A stretch of 64,000 nt of DNA from Polyangiales bacterium (GTDB taxonomy: Bacteria > Myxococcota_A > Polyangia > Polyangiales > Polyangiaceae). Under the pieces are notes generated by a model that was not told the DNA's origin, ran no database searches, and worked only from the letters and a program-made list of their open reading frames with translations. The number at the start of each line of letters is the position of its first letter. Positions within the stretch are counted from its first letter, which is position 1. The translations under genes were made by a program, and so were the position numbers. The DNA lies in NCBI GenBank assembly GCA_038231275.1, contig JBBRLQ010000002.1, positions 512,001 through 576,000 of the forward strand, given 5' to 3'. This document shows, one piece after another, positions 1 through 8,529 of this stretch.

Positions 1-1
1 T

Positions 2-172
2 GCCCACCTCGACGACGCCGCCGTGCGCGCGGTAGGTCACCTGGCCGGAGCCGGCGGCGATCGTGCCGAGCACGCCTCCGCCGACGAGCATGACGACACC
101 GAGGACGATGGCAAGCACCAGGCCAGCACGGGAACGACGCTCACGCGGCCGAAACTCGCGAACCTTGGTCAT
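2..172 (-). CDS. N-terminal part of a membrane-anchored protein running off the window edge (possibly bacterial PH-domain type)
   Basis: ATG at 172 reads MTKVREFRPRERRSRAGLVLAIVLGVVMLVGGGVLGTIAAGSGQVTYRAHGGVVEVG with no stop before base 1; one hydrophobic helix; GC3-rich codons. Confidence 0.55.
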   Translation of the reverse strand, partial: MTKVREFRPRERRSRAGLVLAIVLGVVMLVGGGVLGTIAAGSGQVTYRAHGGVVEVG

Positions 173-232
173 GTTTTCGCGCCCCAACCGCGATGGACGA
201 GAAATTAATCACGGCTGGTCCCGCTGTCATCC

Positions 233-1675
233 TCACTTCGCGGCGACGTCGACGACGGTGCGGAAGATGACGCGCAGGCCGCGGCGGACGTTCTCCGCGC
301 TGACGCGCTCGTCGTGGCCGTGTACGCCTTTCAGCTCCGCGCGCGTGACCTCGAACGGCACGAGCCCGTACGCGCGGACGCCCTTCTCGCGGAGGAAGCG
401 CGAGTCGGTGATGCCGGGCGAGATCGCGGGGCCGGCCACGACGTTCGCGCGGCCGTCGATCGATTCGCGCACGAGCGCATCGAAAAGCGGGTCGGGCCAC
501 GTGCTCTCCGAAGGCGAAGAGATCTGGATGGCCTCGAACGTGACCTTCGGATCGGCGACGAGCTCGCGTAGGCGCGTGAAGAAGTCGACGGGGCGCGTGC
601 CAGGAAGGAGGCGGCAGTCGAGGATCGCCGACACCTCGCTCGGCACGACGTTGGGCGCGCGACGTCCCTCGAAGCCGGTGACGCTGATCGTGTCCATCAG
701 CGTGGCGCTGGCTTCGGGGCTCGCGAGGAGCTTGCCGAGCGCGAACGCGCGGATGAGGACCGGACGCTCGAGGACGAAGCCCGTGAGCCCGCCCGCGTCG
801 TCCCCGGCGCGCGCGGCGAGATCGTAGAGCGACGGAGGGATGACCGGCTCGATCGGACGCGCGCGGATGCGGCCGAGCGCGCGGAGCAAGCGATCGGGCG
901 CGCGCCCCGGCGTCGGCGTGGAGCCGTGCCCCGCGTCGCCATGCGCGGTCATCTTGATCCAGAAGGCTCCCTTCTCGCCGACGGAGATCGCGTACGCCGT
1001 CTGACCGGGCACGAACAGATCTTTGATCCCGATGCCGCCCTCGTTGAGCACGTGCGAGCAACCGATGTCGCCCCAACGCTCTTCGGCGACGAAGCGCATT
1101 CCGCTGCCGCCGTTCTCTTCGTCGGCGAGCGCGAGGAGGAACACCGACCGCTTCAGCGGCACGTCGTGGCGCTTCAACAGCACCATCGTCATGAGCTCGA
1201 GGGCGCCGAGGCCTTTCATGTCGAGCGCGCCGCGGCCCCAGATCATGCCATGCTCGTCGAGCGTCGCCGAGAGGGGGCCCTTCCCGGGCGTCCATTTCTC
1301 CGCGTCGGCAGTGACGACGTCGATGTGCGACAGGAGGCATAGCGGCTTCTGCTCGCCGCTGCCCCTCAGCTCGGCGATGACGTTGCCGCGGCCGGGCGTC
1401 GATTCGACGATCTCGTACGGGATCCCTTCGCGCTTCAGGATCGCGGCGAGAAATTCGGCGCCGGCGAGCTCGTTGCCGGGCGGGTTCGTGGTGTCGACGC
1501 GGAGGTACCTGCGGAGGATCTCGATGGTCTCGTCGCCGGCGGCCTTCCAGTCGGGCGCGTCACGCCAGCGGCGTGCCTGCGCGGGCGACTCGGCGGGTGG
1601 CTGAACGACGGTCGCGCAGCCGAAGAGCGCGGGCAGCAGCAAGAGGAGCAAGAGGAGTCGTGAGCCTTGGCGCAT
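233..1675 (-). CDS. M20/M25/M40 family metallopeptidase, lipoprotein
   Basis: SHIDVV, GRGALDMKG, ADEENGG, GHGS and HGHDER motifs; signal peptide LLLLLLLPALFGC; start could be 1684. Confidence 0.9.
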   Translation of the reverse strand: MRQGSRLLLLLLLLPALFGCATVVQPPAESPAQARRWRDAPDWKAAGDETIEILRRYLRVDTTNPPGNELAGAEFLAAILKREGIPYEIVESTPGRGNVIAELRGSGEQKPLCLLSHIDVVTADAEKWTPGKGPLSATLDEHGMIWGRGALDMKGLGALELMTMVLLKRHDVPLKRSVFLLALADEENGGSGMRFVAEERWGDIGCSHVLNEGGIGIKDLFVPGQTAYAISVGEKGAFWIKMTAHGDAGHGSTPTPGRAPDRLLRALGRIRARPIEPVIPPSLYDLAARAGDDAGGLTGFVLERPVLIRAFALGKLLASPEASATLMDTISVTGFEGRRAPNVVPSEVSAILDCRLLPGTRPVDFFTRLRELVADPKVTFEAIQISSPSESTWPDPLFDALVRESIDGRANVVAGPAISPGITDSRFLREKGVRAYGLVPFEVTRAELKGVHGHDERVSAENVRRGLRVIFRTVVDVAAK

Positions 1676-1746
1676 CGCGACCAACGTACGGCCCCGCGCG
1701 AGACGGCCGCAAGCGCCTGCTCCACGCGTGTCACCCCTTCATGGCG

Positions 1747-2460
1747 TCACTGCGTCTGAGGCGCCACGTCGAAGACGCCGTGCACGCGCAGCGTCGAGCC
1801 GGCGCGAACGCCCGCCCCCTGGACCAGGATCTCGTAGCTGCCGGCGATGCGCGCGGGACTCACGGTCGTGATGATGAGATCGCGCGCGGTGACCACGTCG
1901 CCGCCGTTCTGCGCGCCGCACGACACGAACGTGAGGTTTTTCCACCGATCGGGCAGCGCGCCGAGGCCGGCGTAGGAGTTGTCGGAGGTGATGAGGCTCA
2001 AGTTGCCCGTGCCGCCGGTCGGGCAGCTGACGATCGTGCCGGGCACGGGGTCCTTCGGCAGCCATGCTTGGATGCTGCGGCCCCAGTGGGGGAAGTCCAT
2101 GCCATAGGTGCCCTGGCTCACGATGTAGAAGGCCTCGAACGTCGTGAGGGACGCGACGACCACGCCGTCGACCTCCCAGACGATGGTCGGGGGTCCCGAC
2201 GGCGCGCCGTCTACACTGGGTGCGTCGGGTGCGACGCTCGCGTCTCCGTCGCCCGTATGCGGATCGGTGGAATCGCTTGGCGCGTCTTGCGCAGCGCCGT
2301 CGGTCAGTCCTGGCGGCGGTGTCGCTCCGGATCCACCATCCTGCCGAACCGCACCGGGGTCTCCTGCGTCGGCGTCCTGCGTCGACGACTCTCGGAACGA
2401 GCCGCACGCGCTCGTGCACGCGATCGTAAAGAGGAAACTGAAGGCGAGGAGCGCGCGCAT
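1747..2460 (-). CDS. hypothetical lipoprotein
   Basis: signal peptide with Cys (FTIACTSAC), D/A/G/P-rich linker, then a compact beta-rich domain. Confidence 0.75.
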   Translation of the reverse strand: MRALLAFSFLFTIACTSACGSFRESSTQDADAGDPGAVRQDGGSGATPPPGLTDGAAQDAPSDSTDPHTGDGDASVAPDAPSVDGAPSGPPTIVWEVDGVVVASLTTFEAFYIVSQGTYGMDFPHWGRSIQAWLPKDPVPGTIVSCPTGGTGNLSLITSDNSYAGLGALPDRWKNLTFVSCGAQNGGDVVTARDLIITTVSPARIAGSYEILVQGAGVRAGSTLRVHGVFDVAPQTQ

Positions 2461-2536
2461 TTCGTCCCACCGCCTTCTACGAGGCCGGGTGGGACAACCT
2501 TCCTGCCATCGAACACGATGCGGCGGTCCTCACGAA

Positions 2537-2564
2537 GGAGCCGGCTCCCGCGGGTGCCGGCTCC
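2537..2564 (-). terminator. GC-rich hairpin downstream of the methyltransferase, possible terminator
   Basis: GGAGCCGGC-N10-GCCGGCTCC perfect 9-bp stem about 25 bp after the stop; U-tract is weak. Confidence 0.4.
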
Positions 2565-2588
2565 CCCCTTCGAGTCGAGCCGTAAGCG

Positions 2589-3650
2589 TCAGGGACGCGC
2601 TTCGAGCACCATGTTGAACGCCGTCTCGGTGGCCCGGCGGATCCGCGTGAAGCCGCCGGCGTCGACGACCTCGCGGAGACGCGCCTCACCGGCCTGCGCG
2701 CCGAGCGCCGGGCCGCCGAACGCGAGCGAGTGCGGGACGCAGAGCATCGTGGACGCCGAGTAGAAGACGCGGCCGACGCCGTTATGATTCTCCTCCGGCT
2801 TGTCGCTCGCGAACGGCTCGACGATCATCCAGGTGCCGTCCTTCGCGATCGTCTGCTTCACGCGCTTAGCCGCGCCCTTGGGGTCTTCCATGTCGTGCAG
2901 GCAGTCGAAGAAGCAGACGACGTCGTAGTCGTTGCCCGGGAAATCCGTGGATTTTGCGATCGCGAAGGTCACGCGGTCGGCGACGCCCGCTGCCTCGGCA
3001 CGCTTCTTCGCGAGCTCGATCGAGCCTGCGTGGTAGTCGAAGCCCCAGAAGCGCGAATTCGGGAACGCCTGCGCCATCAGGATCGTCGATGCGCCGACGC
3101 CGCAGCCGACGTCCGCGACCTTCGCGCCCTTCTCGAGCTTGGCCTTCACGCCGTCGAGCGCCGGGATCCACGCGCTGACGAGGTTGCCGATGTAGCTCGA
3201 ACGGAAGAAGCGCTCGGTGCCCTGGAAGAGGCACGGGTGCTGGTGGCCCCACTCGAGGCCGTGGCCGGTGCGGAAGTTCTGCGTCGTCTTGTCGGTGGCG
3301 GCCCAGCACGCGGCGGCGACCTCGAAGAGGCCGGGGAAGAACGCGGGGCTCGACTCGTCTGCGAGCACCGCGACGTGCTCGGGCGGCAAGGTGTAGCGCT
3401 TGCTCGTCGGATCGTAGACGACGTACGCGGCGGAGGCCTGCGCATCGAGCCACTCGCGGATGTAGCGCTCGCTCGTCTCGGTGCGCTTGGCGAGCTCGGA
3501 CGCGGTGATGGGGCCGTGCGCCGCCATCGCCTTCCAGAGGCCGAGGCGATCGCCGAGGACGACGAGGATGGAGCTGAGCGTGGCGCCGATGTCGCCGACG
3601 CACTTGTTGACGAAGTCGTTGAGCTTGGTTTCGTCGAGGGCGGTGGTCAT
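2589..3650 (-). CDS. class I SAM-dependent methyltransferase with N-terminal winged helix (Rv2258c-like)
   Basis: VADVGCGVG motif I, FDCLHD, ERYIREWL winged-helix segment; SD GGAG before ATG 3650. Confidence 0.9.
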   Translation of the reverse strand: MTTALDETKLNDFVNKCVGDIGATLSSILVVLGDRLGLWKAMAAHGPITASELAKRTETSERYIREWLDAQASAAYVVYDPTSKRYTLPPEHVAVLADESSPAFFPGLFEVAAACWAATDKTTQNFRTGHGLEWGHQHPCLFQGTERFFRSSYIGNLVSAWIPALDGVKAKLEKGAKVADVGCGVGASTILMAQAFPNSRFWGFDYHAGSIELAKKRAEAAGVADRVTFAIAKSTDFPGNDYDVVCFFDCLHDMEDPKGAAKRVKQTIAKDGTWMIVEPFASDKPEENHNGVGRVFYSASTMLCVPHSLAFGGPALGAQAGEARLREVVDAGGFTRIRRATETAFNMVLEARP

Positions 3651-3677
3651 GGGGGTCTCCTTCGGGTTCATTCGAGG

Positions 3678-3707
3678 GGCGTGACGATCGGCCGGAACAA
3701 TGTTCCG
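3678..3707 (-). promoter_or_regulatory. copy 1 of a 30-bp element: palindrome CGGAAC-N3-GTTCCG overlapping an ECF-like GGAAC-N16-GTCA promoter
   Basis: ggcgtgacgatcggccggaacaatgttccg, 26/30 identical to 4071-4100; upstream of the methyltransferase. Confidence 0.75.
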
Positions 3708-3755
3708 AAGGCCGCCGCGCCCGGGTTTTCGTTCACGAAGCTCGCTACTTGGAGC

Positions 3756-4052
3756 TCACGAGCACATTCCGACGGCCGGCAGCTCGCTCGACGTGGGCTC
3801 GACGCAGGTGGCGGAGGCGGCGGAGGTCGCGGCCTTGGTGCACACGCTGGGATCGGTCGAGGCGGGGTCGAAGCTGGCGGGGATCTCCGCGCACATCGGC
3901 GCCTTGGCGCGGGGCACCGTGGACGTCGTCGCGTAGGCCACGACCGCGGCGCGCGCGGCGGCGCCGGATTTGGCGGCGGGCGTGCAGCCGGCGGTGAAGG
4001 CGAGGACGGAGGCGACGGAGAGGGCGACGAGGATGCGGGGGTTCATGTTCAT
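3756..4052 (-). CDS. small Ala/Thr/Ser-rich lipoprotein with 4 additional Cys
   Basis: SD AAGGAG before ATG 4052; signal peptide ending FTAGC. Confidence 0.65.
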   Translation of the reverse strand: MNMNPRILVALSVASVLAFTAGCTPAAKSGAAARAAVVAYATTSTVPRAKAPMCAEIPASFDPASTDPSVCTKAATSAASATCVEPTSSELPAVGMCS

Positions 4053-4070
4053 GGCTCCTTCATTCACAGA

Positions 4071-4100
4071 GGCGTGACGAAGGGCCGGAACATCGTTCCG
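4071..4100 (-). promoter_or_regulatory. copy 2 of the 30-bp palindrome/ECF-like promoter element
   Basis: ggcgtgacgaagggccggaacatcgttccg, directly abutting the stop codon of the AAA regulator. Confidence 0.75.
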
Positions 4101-7100
4101 TCAGCTCTTTTTCTTTCCGTCGGGCTCGTAGGCGCAGAAGGTCCCCGTTCGGACCGTCCAGTCCAGGTGCTGGCCGAGCTCGGCGTCGTGCTCTCCGATT
4201 TTTTTGATCGCCTCGCGAACGCGACGCTGCACCACGATGCGGGCGCGCTCCGCGGCCGAGCCGGCGCGGCGCTCTCGACCCCCGAGGCCGACCGCGCCGG
4301 CGATCTGTTGCGTGAGCGCGTCGAGCTCGTGGCGGAGGCCGGCGGCGCGGGTCGGATCGCCGAAGCCCTCGGCCTCTTCGATCTCCGCGCGCAGATCCTG
4401 GATGCGACGCTTGTAGGCGTCGCGCGCCTTGGGGTCGAGGATCTCCCCGGCGTCACCGAGGTCGACGGCGCGTCCGGCCTCCGGATCGGTCGCGAGATCG
4501 AGCGCGTGCACCTCGCGCCCCTTCTGCTCGAGGAGGCGCGCGAGCATCCCGAGGCCGCGCACGTCCTTGAGGCGGTACGCGTGGCCAGCGCGCTCGAGCA
4601 TCCACGCGTCACCGTCCTTCTTCATCGTGAAGGACGTCACCGTCGATGCCGTGCGACCGCTGCGCGGCGGCGGACCCGACGGGCGCTCCATCGCCGCGCG
4701 CGCGCGTGTCACGATCTCGGCCATGCCCAGCGGCTCGGCGAGGGCGATCGCCTGCTCGAGACGCGCGCGATCGCCCGTCCCCTCTCCCCACGTGAGGTGC
4801 ACCCACGCGAGGTGCGCCGGCGCCGCCATGCGCTCGCTCAGCGCGTGCGCGCGCTCGGCATGACGCACTCCTTCGTCCGCACGGCCGAGCATGAACGCGA
4901 CCGCGGCCTGCACGCACGCGATCGGCGGGCCACACGAGAACCCAAACGGCCCCCAGCACGAGTTCGCGTCTTCGTCCCTCGCGAACGGGCGCGCGGCGGC
5001 TTCGGCGATCTCGCGCGCGCCCGCGAGGACCGCAGTGCTCGCCAGCGAGATGCGTGACATGCGCGAGCTCATGACGCTCGTCGTGCCCATCAGATCCAGC
5101 GCAGCGAGGGCGCGCGGGCGATCGCCCAGGCGCGCGGCGACGGCGCCCGATACCCACGCGCTCAGCATCGCGCCGTCGGGGAGCGAACCGACCATACGGA
5201 GCGTCGGCGCCTCTTGCGCCTCGAGGGCGTCGGGGCGGCCGGCGAAGAGGAGCATCGTGAAGCGGTGGACTTCGATGCAGCGCTCGGCGTTCGGATCGGG
5301 CGCCTCCGCGGCGATGCGGCGCGCCTCGGCGATGAGCTCTTCGCACTCCGCGTAACGTCCGAAGGGCATCGCACGCATCGAGCGCATGAGCGGCGTCTGC
5401 CACCTGTAGCGCGGATGCCCGATCGCGTCGGCGAGGGCGGCGCGGCTGGCGATGACCGCGTCGGCGCTGGCGATGACGCCGCGCTCCATGTGATCGCACG
5501 CCAGCCGCGTGAGCGCGCGGAGCTCGAGGACGCGGTCGCCGAGCGCGCGCGCGTCGCGCAGGAGGCGCTCGTTGACCGGCACGCGCTCGGCGGGCGGCGC
5601 AAAGTCGGCGAGCGCGGCGCCGACGCCGACGTCGACCTCGAGCCGGGTTCGGCCGTCGCTCTCCCCTTCCGCCATGCGCAGCGCCTCGCGCGCGAGGCCG
5701 AGCGGCTCGTCCGGCGTGGCGCTCGGCGTGAGCGCAGCGGCGAGGCGGGCGAGGACCCGCGCGCGAAGCCGGACGTCCTCGGGCTGGTCGCCGTCGCCGA
5801 GCAAGACCAGCGCCTCTCGAAGGACGTTGACGAGCTCGCTCCGGATCTCGGCGAGCACGTACTCACCGCCTTGCCCGAGCGCAGCGCGCGCGAGGAGGCG
5901 AGCGTCTCCGGCGCGGCGCGCGATGGAGGCCGCCGCGCGGAACATGTCGCGACCACGCTCGAGGCGTCCTCCCTCGGTCGATGCCCACCCGAGCGCGAGC
6001 ATCACTTCGGCGCGCGCGCGATCGTCGATCGAGAACGCCTCGCCGATGGTCAGCGCGCGCTCCAGCAGCGTCATCGCTTCTTCGTAGGCGAGCTGCGCAC
6101 GGGCACGCTCGGCCGCGCGGCACGCCGTCCGGACCGCGGCGGCAGGATCGCCGTGAGGCAGAGCCTCGAGCGCGTGGTGCGCGAGCGTCGGGAGGAGCGC
6201 ATCGACCCCTCGCTCTACGCGCGCGCCGAGCACCGTCGCGATGGACGCGTGAATCGCGCGCGCGCGCTCCGGTAGCAGCTCACGGTAGAATGCCTCGCGC
6301 ACGAGGACGTGCGAGAACGTCCAACGATCGTCGCCGCGTCGCGCCATGAGGCCGCGCGCTGTGGCGTCGGCGAGGCGACCTTGCACGACGTCGAGAGGCT
6401 CGCCGAGGACCTCCGCGAGCAGCGCGAGCTGCGATTCGCGGCCGAACGTCGACGCGACGTCCAGCGTCGCGCGCAGCTCCGCCGGCGCTCCGGCGAGGCG
6501 CGTCTTGACGAGCGACTGAACGCCACCGCCGACCGCGACCTCGCGCAGCGCCTCGACCGACGCGCCGCGCTCGTCGGCGATCACCGCGTGCAGCGTCTCG
6601 AGCAAGAAGAGCGGGTTGCCCTCCGTGAGCTCGAAGAGGCGCGCCGCGAGGGGGCCGTCGAAGTGGCCGACCTCGTGACGTACGACCTCCGCGACGTCTT
6701 CACCCGACAGCGGACGCAGCGCGAGACCTTCGCCTTCCCGGGCGATGCGCGTCAGGACCTCGGCCACCTTGGCGGCGCGTGCCTCGACGTCGCGCCACGT
6801 CGCGACCACGGCGATTCGCGCGGCACGGAGACCTCGCGCGACGAAGGAGAGGAGCTCCAGCGTCGCGCCGTCGGCCATGTGCAGATCGTCGAACACGAGG
6901 AGGAGCGGCGCCGTGCGAGCGCGCGCGCGGAGGTACGAGCCCACCGCCTCGAACACCTCGAAGCGCTCGCGCGCAGGATCGGCGCGCGTCCCCTCGCCCG
7001 GCGCGTGGCGGGCGCCTCGGCCAAGGAGCTCGCCGACCTTCTCCGGCACCTCTGCGTCTCCGTCGGCGAGCACACCCAAGAGCTCGATCCACGGCCAATA

Positions 7101-7304
7101 GGGCGGCGCGCCACCGGTCTCCCACGCGCGCCCCCACGCCACGACGAACCCCTTGCTCCCTGCGTGCGCGGCGATCTCGTCGGCGAGGCGCGTCTTGCCG
7201 ACGCCCGGTTCGCCGTGGACGACGCGAAGCCCGCCCCTCCCGGCCGCCGCGGCGCCGAGCATCTGCTCGAGCCCCGCGACCTCCCTCGCCCGACCGATCA
7301 GCAT
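4101..7304 (-). CDS. large AAA_16/STAND-like ATPase with TPR region and a C-terminal putative DNA-binding domain (transcriptional regulator)
   Basis: LIGRARE start, Walker A GEPGVGKT, Walker B LLVFDDLH, TEGNPLFL, FSHVLVRE; C-terminus ERARIVVQRRVREAIKKI...RTGTFCAY. Confidence 0.85.
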   Translation of the reverse strand: MLIGRAREVAGLEQMLGAAAAGRGGLRVVHGEPGVGKTRLADEIAAHAGSKGFVVAWGRAWETGGAPPYWPWIELLGVLADGDAEVPEKVGELLGRGARHAPGEGTRADPARERFEVFEAVGSYLRARARTAPLLLVFDDLHMADGATLELLSFVARGLRAARIAVVATWRDVEARAAKVAEVLTRIAREGEGLALRPLSGEDVAEVVRHEVGHFDGPLAARLFELTEGNPLFLLETLHAVIADERGASVEALREVAVGGGVQSLVKTRLAGAPAELRATLDVASTFGRESQLALLAEVLGEPLDVVQGRLADATARGLMARRGDDRWTFSHVLVREAFYRELLPERARAIHASIATVLGARVERGVDALLPTLAHHALEALPHGDPAAAVRTACRAAERARAQLAYEEAMTLLERALTIGEAFSIDDRARAEVMLALGWASTEGGRLERGRDMFRAAASIARRAGDARLLARAALGQGGEYVLAEIRSELVNVLREALVLLGDGDQPEDVRLRARVLARLAAALTPSATPDEPLGLAREALRMAEGESDGRTRLEVDVGVGAALADFAPPAERVPVNERLLRDARALGDRVLELRALTRLACDHMERGVIASADAVIASRAALADAIGHPRYRWQTPLMRSMRAMPFGRYAECEELIAEARRIAAEAPDPNAERCIEVHRFTMLLFAGRPDALEAQEAPTLRMVGSLPDGAMLSAWVSGAVAARLGDRPRALAALDLMGTTSVMSSRMSRISLASTAVLAGAREIAEAAARPFARDEDANSCWGPFGFSCGPPIACVQAAVAFMLGRADEGVRHAERAHALSERMAAPAHLAWVHLTWGEGTGDRARLEQAIALAEPLGMAEIVTRARAAMERPSGPPPRSGRTASTVTSFTMKKDGDAWMLERAGHAYRLKDVRGLGMLARLLEQKGREVHALDLATDPEAGRAVDLGDAGEILDPKARDAYKRRIQDLRAEIEEAEGFGDPTRAAGLRHELDALTQQIAGAVGLGGRERRAGSAAERARIVVQRRVREAIKKIGEHDAELGQHLDWTVRTGTFCAYEPDGKKKS

Positions 7305-7445
7305 CCACGCCAGCCTACACTGCCTTCCAAGCCCTTCCAGACGCGCGGCCGCCGCGACTCGCACCAGCTTCGCGCGGTGCACCGAGATGAAGCAGCCCCA
7401 TCCCTTGGTTCGACATAAAAACAAGGCGATTCCGCGTCGAAGGCG

Positions 7446-7461
7446 CGGCGCGCGCATTGCA
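7446..7461 (+). promoter_or_regulatory. putative sigma54 (-24/-12) promoter
   Basis: CGGCGCG-CGCA-TTGCA with exact GG-N10-GC spacing, 12 bp before ATG 7474. Confidence 0.55.
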
Positions 7462-7473
7462 AACGGAGCGTCC

Positions 7474-8520
7474 ATGTCGAACGAAATCCCCCGTTGGGGA
7501 CGTGTCTCCGCGGACCCTCACGAATTTCTCATCCAGATGCGCGACGGCAAGATCGTCCGCAGCGGCCAAGGCCTGTCGATCTTCAAGTGGCCGAGCGACA
7601 GCGTCGCGATGGTCCCCACGTCGATCCGAAAGCTGTCCTTCCGCGCCGATCAAGTGACCCTCGAAAAGACGGGCGTCGAGGTGAGCGGCCTCGCCGTCTA
7701 CCGCGTCGCCGAACCGCTTCTCGCCTTCCGCATGCTCGACGGCGACGTCAACGCCCTCACCGACATCCTTCGCGAGATGTTCATCGGCGCCACGAGGCGC
7801 ATCGTCGCCGGGCTCACGCTCGAAGAGTGCATCACGCACCGCAAGGAGCGAGTCGCCGCCGCGCTGATGCGCGAGGTCGCGCCGCTCCTCGCCGGCGAAG
7901 GCCGCGTCGAAGACACGACCGATCTCGGCTGGGGCGTCGTGCTCGATACGATCGAAATCCAGGACGTGCGCGTCCTGTCGAAAGAGGTGTTCGCACGCCT
8001 TCAGGCTCCTTACCGCGAGAAGCTGGCGCTGGACGCGCTGCGCGCGAAGGACGAGGTCGATCGCGAAGCGGAGCTCCTGGAGATGCAGAAGCGCCGGACC
8101 GCCGAGCAGTCGCGGCGCGCGCTGATGGAAGAAGAGGAGGCGCGACTCCTCGCCCAACGAAAGCGCGACGCCGAGGCGCGCGCGCACCAAGACGAGATGC
8201 GGCGGCAGGAGCACGAAGCGGAGCTCGAACGCGAGCAGCGCGCGGTGTTGGCGGCGCGGGCGCGCGCAGAGATCGAGCTGGAGACGCGTCGCAAGGCCGC
8301 GGAGGTCGCCGCCGAGACCGTACGCATGGAGCGCGCCGCGTACGTGGACCTCAGCGAAGCACGGCTACGCGAGCTGATGATGACGCGGACGCTCCCGGAG
8401 GTCGCAGTGGCGCTGAGGGGCGCCGTCGAGCGCATCCACGTCACGACCACCGACGCGAACGTGGCGCGATTGTTCGACGTCGGCTCGGAGGTGGTCGCGG
8501 GGCTTCTGGAGAAGAGGTAA
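7474..8520 (+). CDS. SPFH/band 7/flotillin-like protein
   Basis: ADQVTLEKTGVEVSGLAVYRV and WGVVLDTIEIQDV, followed by an E/R/A-rich coiled coil. Confidence 0.85.
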   Translation: MSNEIPRWGRVSADPHEFLIQMRDGKIVRSGQGLSIFKWPSDSVAMVPTSIRKLSFRADQVTLEKTGVEVSGLAVYRVAEPLLAFRMLDGDVNALTDILREMFIGATRRIVAGLTLEECITHRKERVAAALMREVAPLLAGEGRVEDTTDLGWGVVLDTIEIQDVRVLSKEVFARLQAPYREKLALDALRAKDEVDREAELLEMQKRRTAEQSRRALMEEEEARLLAQRKRDAEARAHQDEMRRQEHEAELEREQRAVLAARARAEIELETRRKAAEVAAETVRMERAAYVDLSEARLRELMMTRTLPEVAVALRGAVERIHVTTTDANVARLFDVGSEVVAGLLEKR

Positions 8521-8529
8521 GCTGGACGG

